From Octopus bimaculoides (lineage: Eukaryota), in assembly GCF_001194135.2 (NCBI RefSeq), contig NC_068998.1, positions 29,105,320-29,154,617 on the forward strand: a DNA stretch of 49,298 nucleotides. Direction: 5' to 3'. This document shows positions 22,433 through 34,417 of this stretch, one piece after another (the stretch's first letter is position 1; each line of letters starts with the position of its first letter). The notes below the pieces were generated by a model. The model was not told where the DNA came from. It searched no databases and worked only from the letters and a program-made list of their open reading frames with translations. The position numbers were made by a program, and so were the translations under genes.

Positions 22433-24349
22433 TCGGGAATTGTGCATGAAGATTTTACACAGTCTGGAAACAATCACTGTGAACACAAATACTTGCTGCC
22501 TGTATAGTATTGAATGTATGTATGCATGTATGTTGTAACATTGTTTAAGCTAAAATAAGAAATAAGTTGAGTGCTAAGATGATGGAAACATTCGAGCAAA
22601 AAAAATGGGTTGTAAGGTAAGAGAACAAAGTGTGGTATGAGTGCATTATTGGTGGTGTATAAATGACAGAAGAGAATTGAAGACCATGAAAGTGTGTTTG
22701 CACAAGAGTCAAATATCAGGTCTGCAGGTTTATGAATGATGTTTGTGTAGAAGGTAAAACACAGGAAGTTGAACATTGCTACATGGTAAGGTTTGGTCGA
22801 TATGAAGTTTGCAGGGAAAAAACTTCTGTCAACAGAACTGAATGCAAAACTAGCTATCGTTATGTCAATGCCTTTGAAATATGCAGGTGAGTGCATGCAA
22901 AAACTAATGCATAAAAAGGTTAAGAAAACTTGTTGGTGTGTGCAAGTAAGAATATTCATATTTACAATGAAATTAAAGTGGGTGCATGCACAAACAAGAC
23001 AAGAAGTGAAAATACAAAATAAAGATATGTAATATAAACAAATGAGAAAAGAATGGAAATATTCAATGCTAAACATAGCAGTCACAAAAGAGAATCAAGA
23101 ATAAGCACGAAAAACATATTGCTATCCATTTTTTTTATTCTGCATGGTAAAATCATTTTAGTAAAAGGAGTTTCCAAGTAACATAATTGAAAGGGCTTAC
23201 AAATAAAATCGTTTTCCTTTGCTTAGCAATGTCAGGTTGCATATTTTCTTAATATTGACGTCATACAGCATTGACTATCATATCACAAAGTTCATACTGT
23301 GCACTTGTAGATGCATAAAATGGCTGCATAGCTGTTCTTCATGGTGGATTACCAGTTTAAACACTTTATATGCTGCCTGTTGCATATTTTATCTGCATAA
23401 TGTGCTGCATGTTAGAAACAGGGCTGCATAATTTGTTTCTTCCTTGGAGATCATCATAAGATGAAAGGTATGAACGAAGAAAGTTGGATGAATAAAAAGG
23501 GTTATCATTCAATTCATCATTTGTTTATTGTTAAAAGCTTGAATTGGGAAGAGGCGGTCCAAAGAAAACAAACTACAGAGTAACATCAATAAAATACTGT
23601 TCGTAGAAGTGATTTGGTCGGACAGTTTTTGTGGTTGTACGTAGATGAGAGAGAAATATAGAAAGTGGGCTAGTGGATGAATACGAGTATTAACAGCCAT
23701 GATTTAACCTTATGCAAGTAGGAGTTGAGTTGCTTGTGTTGTAGTTGGCAGGAATTTTCTCTTTCCTCTCTTGTCTACCATTTACTTGTTACTCCTTGTC
23801 TGTAGCTGTCTGCCTATCAATTGTTCACTCCTGTCTTTTGCACTTTCTGTCTGCCTCAATAAATCTTGTCCCTTTTTATAAACTCCAGAACATATGTGGT
23901 TACATTGCCACTAAAAAATTTAGAATATTTACATAGAATTTTATTGATCAGATTTTTGTTGATGTCTTTACTTAATCTGCTAAAGGTCCAGTTGTCCCTT
24001 GCAAAGAATTTTCAGATCGAAAACAAATCCAGTGTTCGGAACAACTAGTAGAATTACTAAAAAGGAAAAGAAGGTAAATATTTGAAAACAAGAGATCCTC
24101 AAGAATGAAGTAGTCAATAAATAAACGATATAAGTTTTCATGATACACTTAGTAAATGTGCTCAACATATCTTGTGTGTCTTTATTAATTTGACTGGGCA
24201 TTGAAAATATGATAGGTAATAGAGTTTATTTCTGGTGATTGAAATAAAACTATTCAAAGGTGTGTTGAATGTTGAAACAGTTTAACTTTATGCTACAACA
24301 TTCCATAATAAAAAATAATGGCAACGATACTTAGACAACCTTTGATAAC

Positions 24350-24612
24350 ATGAAGGTTAGAGAATTCTAGTAAAACAAAAATAATGACACAAAAAACCTC
24401 TCAAACTGGACATTTTAATAACTAAATTTTATTCACACAGATGAAATTATTACAATACATTGTCGTTAGTAAATTTCCTAGATATCAATATGGACCTTAG
24501 CACAGGCAAATATAACCCTTTCACAAGCCTAATGAGGACACATTGTACATCAATGGAGGCTCTAATCATCTACCAACAATGCTGCAACACTGCATTAGAA
24601 ATTTTAACAAGT
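24350..24612 (+). mobile_element. Penelope-like element relic, RT C-terminal (thumb) fragment
   Basis: NFLDINMDLSTGKYNPF / HKPNEDTLYINGGSNHLP across one frameshift, matching the PLE FLD..L....Y.P..KPN....YIN..SNHP pattern. Cut by the SINE at 24622. Confidence 0.7.
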
Positions 24613-24621
24613 TAACCTATA

Positions 24622-25016
24622 TTCTTTTACTTGTTTCAGTCGTTTGACTGTGGCGAAGCTGAAGCACCACCTTTAGTCAAACAAATCAATGCCCGGACTT
24701 ATTCTTTATAAGCCTAGTACTTATTCTATCAGTCGCTTTTGCAGAACCACAAGGTTACAGTCAAATAAACACGCTGACATCGATTGTCAAGCGATAGTTG
24801 GGGGGACAAACACAGACACAGAAATACATATATACATATATATATATACATATATATATATACAATGGGCTTCTTTCAGATTCTGCCTACCAAATCCACT
24901 TTGGTCAGCCTGAGGATATAGTAGAAGACACTTGCTCAAGGTGCCACGCAGTGGGACTGAACATAAAAAAAACCATGTGGTTGGGAAGCAAGCTTCTTAC
25001 CACACAGCCACTCCTG
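24622..25016 (-). mobile_element. tRNA-related SINE, family B, full length
   Basis: Same head, microsatellite and tail organisation as 21971-22378. Confidence 0.85.
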
Positions 25017-25104
25017 TCAAACTTATGTTTAATATATATACACATATATTTATATATATATGTATGTATATACATATATATATATATATACACAAACACA
25101 CACA

Positions 25105-25176
<72 letters not shown>

Positions 25177-25950
25177 NNNNNNNNNNNNNNNNNNNNNNNN
25201 NNNNNNNNNNNNNNNNNNNNNNNNNNNNNNNNNNNNNNNNNNNNNNNNNNNNNNNNNNNNNNNNNNNNNNNNNNNNNNNNNNNNNNNNNNNNNNNNNNNN
25301 NNNNNNNNNNNNNNNNNNNNNNNNNNNNNNNNNNNNNNNNNNNNNNNNNNNNNNNNNNNNNNNNNNNNNNNNNNNNNNNNNNNNNNNNNNNNNNNNNNNN
25401 NNNNNNNNNNNNNNNNNNNNNNNNNNNNNNNNNNNNNNNNNNNNNNNNNNNNNNNNNNNNNNNNNNNNNNNNNNNNNNNNNNNNNNNNNNNNNNNNNNNN
25501 NNNNNNNNNNNNNNNNNNNNNNNNNNNNNNNNNNNNNNNNNNNNNNNNNNNNNNNNNNNNNNNNNNNNNNNNNNNNNNNNNNNNNNNNNNNNNNNNNNNN
25601 NNNNNNNNNNNNNNNNNNNNNNNNNNNNNNNNNNNNNNNNNNNNNNNNNNNNNNNNNNNNNNNNNNNNNNNNNNNNNNNNNNNNNNNNNNNNNNNNNNNN
25701 NNNNNNNNNNNNNNNNNNNNNNNNNNNNNNNNNNNNNNNNNNNNNNNNNNNNNNNNNNNNNNNNNNNNNNNNNNNNNNNNNNNNNNNNNNNNNNNNNNNN
25801 NNNNNNNNNNNNNNNNNNNNNNNNNNNNNNNNNNNNNNNNNNNNNNNNNNNNNNNNNNNNNNNNNNNNNNNNNNNNNNNNNNNNNNNNNNNNNNNNNNNN
25901 NNNNNNNNNNNNNNNNNNNNNNNNNNNNNNNNNNNNNNNNNNNNNNNNNN
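25177..25950. other. Assembly gap flanked by (TA)n
   Basis: Run of N. ORFs spanning it are artefacts. Confidence 1.
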
Positions 25951-25994
25951 TATATATATATATATATATATACATACATACATACATGCATATA

Positions 25995-27530
25995 TTGGTA
26001 CAGGACGTCACCAATGGTTCAAATAACATTAAATACATAAACAATGAGAAAAAATGGAAAACAGGACAAGTAATCACAGGGAGACCCAGCGGACTAAAAT
26101 AAACCATACACCGGGCCCACAAAAACCTAACAATACTAACACAGCAAAAACCGATAAGACACATATTAAAAATAAACCTTACTATAGAAATAAATTAGAT
26201 AGCCATAAAGACAAATTCACTAGCCTTTCCAGCTATGATGGCAGGTTCTATACCAGACATGGCCATAATAACAATAAGAGCAATAAGGATACGATCTGGC
26301 TAATTATTCCCTATAACATGAATCTCAAATCTAACATAGTCCGTTCATTAATGAACATAATAGATAAAATGTAAATAATAAATACGGAGCAGTATTTAAG
26401 AATAAAATCAGAATAGGCCACAGCCTGACATGCAACTTAGCTACCATCATAGCATCTATTAATAATAATAAATTAGACGCATTCTATACAGCTAGAAAAA
26501 CCACGAACAACCAAACTAACAACCGTCCAACTAATAGAACTAACCCCAACCCTAATCCAACACCCCTTGTTAGGAGAGACACACACCAAAAAAACAACAG
26601 GCTCACACAACAACACACAGACATAGACACACCCCTTATAATCTATGTAGCTGTAGAGATAGGAATAAATGTAATTTCTCCTATAGATGTAAGACCGAAA
26701 ATGTAGTTTACCAATGCGACGTACACACAAACGGCCATATTAGATCTTACATTGACGCCACGAAAAAACAAATACGCCTCAGATACAATGAGCACCAATC
26801 TAGCTTTAGAAATAGAAAAAAGGCAAATTCAACAGGACTTAGTAGCTATATCTGGGAATTAAAGGACAATAAGATAGAATATAAACTAAAGTGGCATATA
26901 CTTAAAGCAGCAAATGCTTATAACCCAACTAACAGACGCTGTGACCTCTGTCTAACTGAACGCCTCAAAATCTTAACGGCTAGAAAGCATCTCTTGAACA
27001 AACGATATGAAAATAACCCAATTTGTTTACACACTACTAAATATTCATTTTCTAAGTATAATTAATTATGTAATACATTCCACTTTCTAAGTATAATTAA
27101 ATATGTAAAAAAGAATTTTCCTTTTCTTAGTATAATTAATTATAATTAAATATTAATAAGGTCAGAGTTAGCTCCCTCTTCACCAACACGTAGAGTAACT
27201 CCCCTTTACTAACACCGCTGGTGCTAAAAGTAAAAGACACACGCCTGAATTCTAAAGACAACCACGTGCGAAATGCGATTAATCAAGATTGGAACTACGA
27301 GCTTGAACAGCACACACCCTACCTCTCCTTTGCAGAAAGGCTATTAACACAACTTCAACTAAAATGTAAGACTAACTTTACTTAACCCTATTCTTATACC
27401 ACTATATGCATTACTATATCCGCTAACTGTTTCTCCTGCATCTCTCACACCATGAACTTTAACATACTTCTCAACATTCTGAAGAGATCTGCCAAACCAT
27501 TTGGCACATCGAAACGTACGTAAATGACTC
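25995..27530 (+). mobile_element. Penelope-like element 3' part: thumb end, linker, GIY-YIG endonuclease and hammerhead-bearing 3' region
   Basis: IWLIIPYNMNLKSNIVRSLMNIIDK linker. Open frame 26574-27065 (no ATG, so absent from the ORF track): CSCRDRNKCNFSYRCKTENVVYQC...SYIDATK...RYNEHQSSF...LSSYIWELKD...CDLCLTERLKIL...LLNKRYE. Hammerhead at 27475. Confidence 0.88.
27475..27526 (+). ncRNA. Minimal type I hammerhead ribozyme, canonical core
   Basis: Stem I CAUU/AAUG; core CUGAAGA; stem II GAUCUGCCAAA-cca-UUUGGCACAUC (10 pairs, 1 mismatch); GAAA; palindromic stem III C-GUAC-G; GUA triplet with predicted cleavage after 27522. Folded by hand. Confidence 0.85.
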
Positions 27531-27915
27531 ATTATATAATCTCCACATAATTAAATCAATGGCTAACTAGTCCAATTGACTTGCTTCTTCTTGTGTTTGT
27601 TTCTCCATTCTCCACATAATTATAATTATAAACTGCGGTTTAAACAATAAATTACCTGCCTCTGGATACCTTCTAACGAAGACGCTACCCACACAAGTAA
27701 TTTCCAGGAGTGCCTCCGGATTTAAATATCCCCTGGTTGCTTAGATACTTCAGACTACCCCTGAAATATTGAAGCAATCCTATCATTTACCTATATATAT
27801 ATATAATGATAATAATATTAGGGATAAAGATCCAAATTTACATGGAAAAATTCAATTTAATTTATCAAAATAAAAATTGAATTAAATTTCACAATATATA
27901 ATATATAAATATGTA

Positions 27916-28743
27916 ATATATAATTTAGAGAAAAAAACCACAATTATTGAATTCATCCACGAAAATCCACAATCACATATATAAAAATTTAATAAGTAAA
28001 TACACTAAAAAGACCTATAATAAAAATCAAAAAAGTACACGGTAATAAATATTGAAATAGTAAAAATGACTACACGTGTTTCATAGTCATATTTTCAGAT
28101 AGAAAATAAAATGAAAATCAAATTGATTCAAAATAAATCAATCGAAAACCAATTCCATTCAAAAATATAGCTAATCTTCAATTCAAAATTCAATAATAAT
28201 AATAAAATGAATGTATATATATCGACTAACAATAAATATCAAATGAATTTATATAAAGATACTTAATTCTAATAAACGCTAAGTTAAAAGTATAACATTT
28301 AAAATTTTAGTTTAAACTAAAGCTTTGATAAGATAAGTATTGCATTTATTTTCAGTAATATTGTTAAATGTTTTTCTTTTATTTATTGGTAAAATAAATA
28401 TTTTTATATAAATTCATTTGATATTTATTGTTAGTCGATATATATACATTCATTTTATGATTATTATTGTAATTTGACCTGAAGATTAGCTATATTTTTT
28501 AGATAGAATTGATCTTCGATCGATTTATTTTGAATTGATTTGATTTTTATTTTATTTTCTATTTGAAAATATGATTATGAAACACGTGTAGTCATTTTTA
28601 CTATTTTAATATTTATTACTTTGTACTTTTTTATTTTTATTATAGGACTTTTTAGTGTATTTACTTATTAAATTTTTCTATATGTGGTTGTGGATTTTCA
28701 TGGATGAATTCAATAATTTTGTTTTTTTCTCTAAATTATATAT
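27916..28743. repeat. Long inverted repeat: arms about 27916-28261 and 28399-28743, spacer about 137 bp; probable head-to-head PLE terminal-repeat copies
   Basis: Arms match as reverse complements along their length, e.g. GAATTCATCCACGAAAATCCAC vs GTGGATTTTCATGGATGAATTC and TGACTACACGTGTTTCATA vs TATGAAACACGTGTAGTCA. About 90% identity by eye. Confidence 0.92.
28475..28594 (+). ncRNA. Hammerhead-like motif with extended (~93 nt) stem II domain
   Basis: Stem I UGAC/GUCA, CUGAAGA at 28479-28485, GAAA at 28579-28582, palindromic C-ACGU-G stem III, GUA triplet. Stem II outer helix 28487-28499 pairs with 28565-28577. A mutated mirror copy lies on the minus strand at 28067-28185. Confidence 0.6.
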
Positions 28744-28799
28744 GTATATATATATGGTGGTTGTCTACTCCTTAAACAGAGTTTGACCACCTCCTGCAC

Positions 28800-28972
28800 C
28801 TACACCTTAGCCCTTTCATGGCGTCTGATGTGGCTTTTTAAACCAGACAGTGTTTTGAAAAAAACACCCACACAGATTGCACCTCTGATTTGCACTACCA
28901 ATACCTGCAAGTAAGTTCTGCTCATTGTGGATCCTAACATGTCTTTTAAGACCCCCATTGGATTTGCAAACT
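28800..28972 (-). pseudogene. Two C2H2 zinc-finger motifs with a frameshift; probably a LINE ORF 3' end
   Basis: ...VCKSNGGLKRHVRIH and CNLCGCFF/KTLSGLKSHIRRH in different frames. No TGEKP linker. Runs into the gap. Confidence 0.5.
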
Positions 28973-29388
28973 NNNNNNNNNNNNNNNNNNNNNNNNNNNN
29001 NNNNNNNNNNNNNNNNNNNNNNNNNNNNNNNNNNNNNNNNNNNNNNNNNNNNNNNNNNNNNNNNNNNNNNNNNNNNNNNNNNNNNNNNNNNNNNNNNNNN
29101 NNNNNNNNNNNNNNNNNNNNNNNNNNNNNNNNNNNNNNNNNNNNNNNNNNNNNNNNNNNNNNNNNNNNNNNNNNNNNNNNNNNNNNNNNNNNNNNNNNNN
29201 NNNNNNNNNNNNNNNNNNNNNNNNNNNNNNNNNNNNNNNNNNNNNNNNNNNNNNNNNNNNNNNNNNNNNNNNNNNNNNNNNNNNNNNNNNNNNNNNNNNN
29301 NNNNNNNNNNNNNNNNNNNNNNNNNNNNNNNNNNNNNNNNNNNNNNNNNNNNNNNNNNNNNNNNNNNNNNNNNNNNNNNNNNNNNNNN
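28973..29388. other. Assembly gap
   Basis: Run of N. Confidence 1.
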
Positions 29389-30059
29389 TATATATATATA
29401 TATATATGTACACACACACACACACAAGAGTTAAGGAATGGAGTAGGTAAGAATACAGTATGGGTTAATCTTTCATACACTATGAACGTGGTGTAGTGAG
29501 TCAAGGAAGTGCTATTTTGTCACAGATTAGTACAGTTGTGCTTTGGCAACTGCAGCCAATCAGAGCTGGTCGCATAGCTATAAATACAGCACCATCCATC
29601 CAGAAAGGAATTACATTCAAGTCAGTCAGCCAGCAGTTAGCAGAAGATTTTGACAAGAGTACAGCTATTTTCAGTGGGACTACCCATGACAACCTTACTT
29701 CAACATGAACGACTGTGTTATTTCATGGCCTTAATGCCGTAAACTTCGGGATTACATAAAGCTCACATGGCAAATCCCATTATTCTCTATGGATGGAACT
29801 TGCCTGTTTAAACTTCTAACTACCTTTATCATGATGTGCTTCTACCCATTTGTGTAATAGTAAGTCCACTGGCTTTCCTTGACTCCTACATACAACAACT
29901 GACTACTCTCATTGCAATCCAAATAAATTATAATGTTTGTTCTAATATAGCTTTCTGAGGTACTTTCTCAATGCCGCACAGATGCAACTCTTTTATTGAG
30001 TTTCCACATTGTGTATTTATTTAGTAACACTTTACTCAAGTTACATTCTTACATAGTTA

Positions 30060-30560
30060 CATTTGAACACTGGCTAAAAATATAACAAGAAATTTTTTGC
30101 AGCACATAGATATCCACTTTCCATACTCATATCACAAGATCTTTAATAGAAACACTATCAAAATTAGCTGTAGTTGCCTCCCCAACACAGGACAGATGGT
30201 TTTTCAATCTCAATAAGAATTGTAGATCCCCTAATAACTATTCCTTGAACAATATTACCTGGAAAATTAACTGATGTACAAGGGCAGCATCACTGATATA
30301 AACAGAACAACAAAAACTTACATTGGAAATACCTTCAAGGAAAGACACTCACAGCACTTAGCTTTGTTTACTGACGAAAACTAAAGACATACCAGATCTT
30401 TATTTGATATGGTATGGACCTTAAAGAGAGGAACATGGACAACCACCCTATAAATTGAAGCATCATAGCTAATATCAGCAAGTATAGGGTTTAAGGCAGG
30501 AAATGTGATCGCTGATGATACAGAGGAATTAAATATCATAACATCAGCAGTGACCATTTT
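30060..30560 (+). mobile_element. Penelope-like relic: linker and degenerate GIY-YIG
   Basis: NFLQHIDIHFPYSYHKIFNRNTIKISCSCLPN and KTYIGNTFKERHSQH...MVWTLKE, with stops. Confidence 0.8.
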
Positions 30561-31419
30561 AAACATTAAGAAAGAAACCTTCTCCTCTTGCTTGCAAAAA
30601 CAATTTAAACTTTGAAATTTCATGCATAACTCCTCACCCAGCTTCCCACCTATCCAACCTGGGCCAATTTTTGGATTTCGATTTCATGCACGATATGCAT
30701 GACAGACATATACCCCCAGGAAATCGTGCTAGACTTCTTAGATACTCAGATATGTATAACATGCATATAACACATATTTGTGACATTACATGATTCACAA
30801 AAATATGAACATATGAATATTTTCATGGACTAATTTTACGTTTGAACCCGTGAAACACCATCAATAACAATATTCATAAACTCAAACATCAACCAAACGC
30901 ATACTATAAATATACAAATTTATGAATATAGCTGTGCATGAACTTTCTCGCATAAGATAATTAAGGAATTAATAATCTATGATGAATGCAAATTCTTGCA
31001 AAAATCCAGGCTCAATGAAAGATAATTAAGAATGCCTTCCTGTGATTAGTGTATTTATTTTGAAGTTCTGAATAGTCTTGTGTCACTCTTGTATTCTCAT
31101 CCAAAATTGAGATGATTATCAGCATTCAGGAATAGATTGCTTGAAGAATTGTAGCGATTTTCCCGATGAAACTATTGGTAGGTTTGATAATCCATAAAGA
31201 ATAATTATCAACCAAATGCAGTGTTGAACATTCCTTCTCATTGCTCAGTACTATCTTGTACACACACACATGCACGCACACGCACACACACACACACACA
31301 CACACAGTCACACGTCTATATATCATATTTTAATCTCTCATCACTTGCAATGAAGTCATTTCCCTCAATACTATACATACATACATACATATCTATATAC
31401 CTGTGTGTGTGTGTGTGTA

Positions 31420-31612
31420 GGGTTGGGCACTTCATCGATTATGAGACGAATGTTCTAGTTGATTCAATCAACGGAACAGCCTGCTTGTGAAATTAATGTG
31501 CAAATGGCTTAGTAATCATCCAAAGATAGGCATACCCTTAATGTACTTCTTAGAGAGATTCAGCATGACATACCAAATGTAACACAGTTGGCCCTTTTGA
31601 ATTACAGTTACA
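31420..31612 (+). mobile_element. Degenerate SINE-like repeat (family C)
   Basis: ATCAACGGAACAGCCTGCTTGTGAAATTAATGTGCAAATGGCT...CCCTTAATGTA; recognised from memory as a common cephalopod repeat. Confidence 0.45.
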
Positions 31613-31679
31613 ATGTGAAATAAAGTGTTATCTGTTTCAAGTGTAAAGGAATTACCTTAGATTGAACTAAGTACAGAGG

Positions 31680-33975
31680 AATTTATTGCTGGATGAGATC
31701 ATGAATGTTACAGAGAAGATTATAGCGGAATTAATTAAGAACAGAATTAGACTAGGTAAGGTGAAATTTGGTTTTTTGCCAGGGAGGAGTATTACTAATC
31801 CCATCTTCTTGTCTTCTTCATAAAACAACCATTGTATTTGGCTTTCATTGAACTGCAGAAAGCTTCAACAGATTGCCATGCTCTGTGATCTGGTGGATTC
31901 TGAGGAAGGGTAGCCGAAAGGCTTGTGAAAGCCATACTTGCCAAGGACCGATGTGCCACCGTCAGTAAGGTGAGAGTTGGCCACAGCTATATGGATGAAT
32001 TTAGAGTACAGATAGGAGTTCACCGGGATTTGGTTCTCAGTCCCCTTCTAATCATCATTGTCCTCCAGGTTATAAAAGAGAAAATTAGACCAGCTGTTTT
32101 AAGAAACTACTATATGCTGATGATTTCATTTCACAGCAAAATTTGTAATAGAATTAGGAAAGAAAGTGTGGAAGCAAAATTTGGAATCAAAAGACTTTAA
32201 TTTAACTTAGCAAAGACCAAATTTCCAGTGAGTAGGAAAACAGACAGGACTCTGTTTTCCAACTTACTGATGTGCAATGGAATCACAGGAGGCTTAACAA
32301 AGTGGAAGATGCATAGGCACAATAAACAATAAGGACACATGGGAAATAGATTTTCCCGAATACCCTGGAGGCTCCATAGAGATAGTAGATCATTTCTGTT
32401 ACCTAATTAGCAATGGAGAAGGATGTCTGAAAGTATAGTTGCTCAAATAAGAACAAGATGGAAAAAATTTCTGAGAACTCTTATCTATGTTGGCAACTAT
32501 AGATCTCTCTCTCACAGTGAAAGGCTCATGCAAGAACAGAAACGCTATACATGATAGTGAGATGTGGGCCCTGAACTGCAGAAGATAAGCGAACACTAGA
32601 GAGGAATGAAGCTAGTATGGTCCATTGGATGTACAATGTGAGTGTGCATGTATGCCAAAGTACTAATGTATTGAGAGAAAAGTTAGTTTTAAAAGAAATC
32701 AGATGTAGTAAGCACGAGAGAAGACTGTGGCATAAAGAAGTGCTGGTCGCTTAAAGTGTACAGAACCTGTAGAAGAGGGAGACCTAGGAAGACATGGGGC
32801 GAATTAGTGAAGGCTAATCTCAACATGTTGAACTTCATGAAGGAGATGATGTGAAACTGAGATTAGAGATTTGCTGGACTTGAGAGGACCTGTTTACCAC
32901 GGTGAAAGTATTTTTTGTATGCTTGTACAAGCTGGGGTCCACCCCTGAAACCATTCTACCTTGTCGACCTCACATCTCATCCTCCTAACACCCATCTCTC
33001 CATCACCCTTTTGTCTACAGCACTAATCAGCAGCTGTAATCACCTGAGATCAGTGTTACCACATATTTCATCCACCCTTCTTTGCACTACAAGTTAAATT
33101 CTTCTCCTCTTGGAGACATTTCCTATTAACACCCATCCATCATTCTCATCTCTTCTCACTGATCATCAATTATCTTTCCCTCTCCTCTCCATTATACATC
33201 TTTAATATCTTATTTCTGCTATCATTCTCGACACACTCTCATATCTGCCATCACGCCCCACTCCCTACAAACACCCTTATGTATCTCTACATTTTCCTCT
33301 CCGCCATTATTGTACATCATCCCGCTAGTCTTTGATTTATCCTCCTAACTGAGCCATTCCTATTTTTCTAACATTACCCACCCTCTCCATACCAATATTT
33401 TCCATCAACTGTACCGGTACCCTTGTTCATCACCCAACTACGTTCAGCTTTATCCCTATCTCTATCCATCTGTTACTCTCCTCACACACTCATATGAAAT
33501 TATACACCCTCTCCTTCCTAACCATGATCTACTATTAGTATGCTCTCTTATACTTACCTTCTTGTACCTTAAGGTCAGGTTTGCTCTAGCACTTCATCAG
33601 TACCAGCTTTATCTTCTTAGCTATTCCTATCCACCCTTATATAATGCGAGGTGGTCATGTATCACTTCTTTGGCAAGACACCTGTGCTTGTCTCTATCAT
33701 ACTTTAGCTTCTCATCTCCTGGCATAAAGTCACCTCCCTCTCTCAAATACTTACTGAGAGATCCTTTTTCCTTTTCTTTTCTTGTCTTGCAAGTTACTTG
33801 GTGGCCTCACTAGTGACAGTGTCACAAAGAAAGTACCTATGCATACTATAAAGTGATTTGTGTTAGGAAGAGCATCCAGCTGAAGAAACCATGCCAAAGC
33901 TGACATTGGAGCTCAACGAAGTCCTGCGGCTCGCTGGATCCCGACAAACCCATGCCAGTTATGAAAAACGAATGA
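31680..33975 (+). mobile_element. RTE-clade LINE relic: RT fragment, C-terminus, CT-rich 3' UTR and terminal motif
   Basis: KFGFLPGRSITNPIF, EFRVQIGVHRDLVLSPLL, LYADD region, GRPRKTW, a pyrimidine-rich tract of about 900 bp, then AGGAAGAGCATCCAGCTG. Confidence 0.78.
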
Positions 33976-34017
33976 TAAATTATAGTATATATGCATGCGC
34001 ACGTGTATGTATATGTG

Positions 34018-34074
<57 letters not shown>

Positions 34075-34097
34075 GAATATATGTATTCTCTCTTTTA

Positions 34098-34417
34098 TTC
34101 TTTTACTTGTTCCAACCATTTGATTGCATTGAAGAGCTTCAGTTGAAAAAAATCGACCCCCAGGATGTATTTTTTAAGCCTCATATTCTATTGGTCTCTT
34201 TGGCTGCACCGCTAAGTTACAAGGATGTAAACACACCAACACCGGTTGTCATACATACCTATATGTACATATATATGACAGGTTTCTTTCAGTTTCCATC
34301 TACCAAATCCACTGACAAGGCTTTGGTTGACCCGATGCTATAATAGAAGAACACTTACCCAAGATGCCACACAGTAGGACTAAACCTGGAACCATGTGGT
34401 TGGGAATCAAGCTTCTT
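34098..34417 (-). mobile_element. tRNA-related SINE, family B
   Basis: Homology to 21971-22378. Confidence 0.8.

Noticed and set aside
22474-23085. 203-aa minus-strand ORF
   Set aside because: No recognisable motif or splice support; composition fits a chance frame opposite a purine-rich, possibly old LINE-derived tract.
24798-26164. Long ORFs of 313-434 aa, and similar ones at 28800-29504
   Set aside because: They run through N gaps and (TA)n repeats; artefacts.
24350-27065. Idea that 24350-24612 and 25995-27065 are one PLE split by a SINE and the gap
   Set aside because: Both pieces contain their own YIN...SNH thumb motif and differ in decay, so they are separate copies.
31140-31186. Weak hammerhead-like motif (UUGAAGA...GAAAC-UAUUG-GUA)
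   Set aside because: C3 is missing, stem II is short and stem I does not pair; too degenerate to call.
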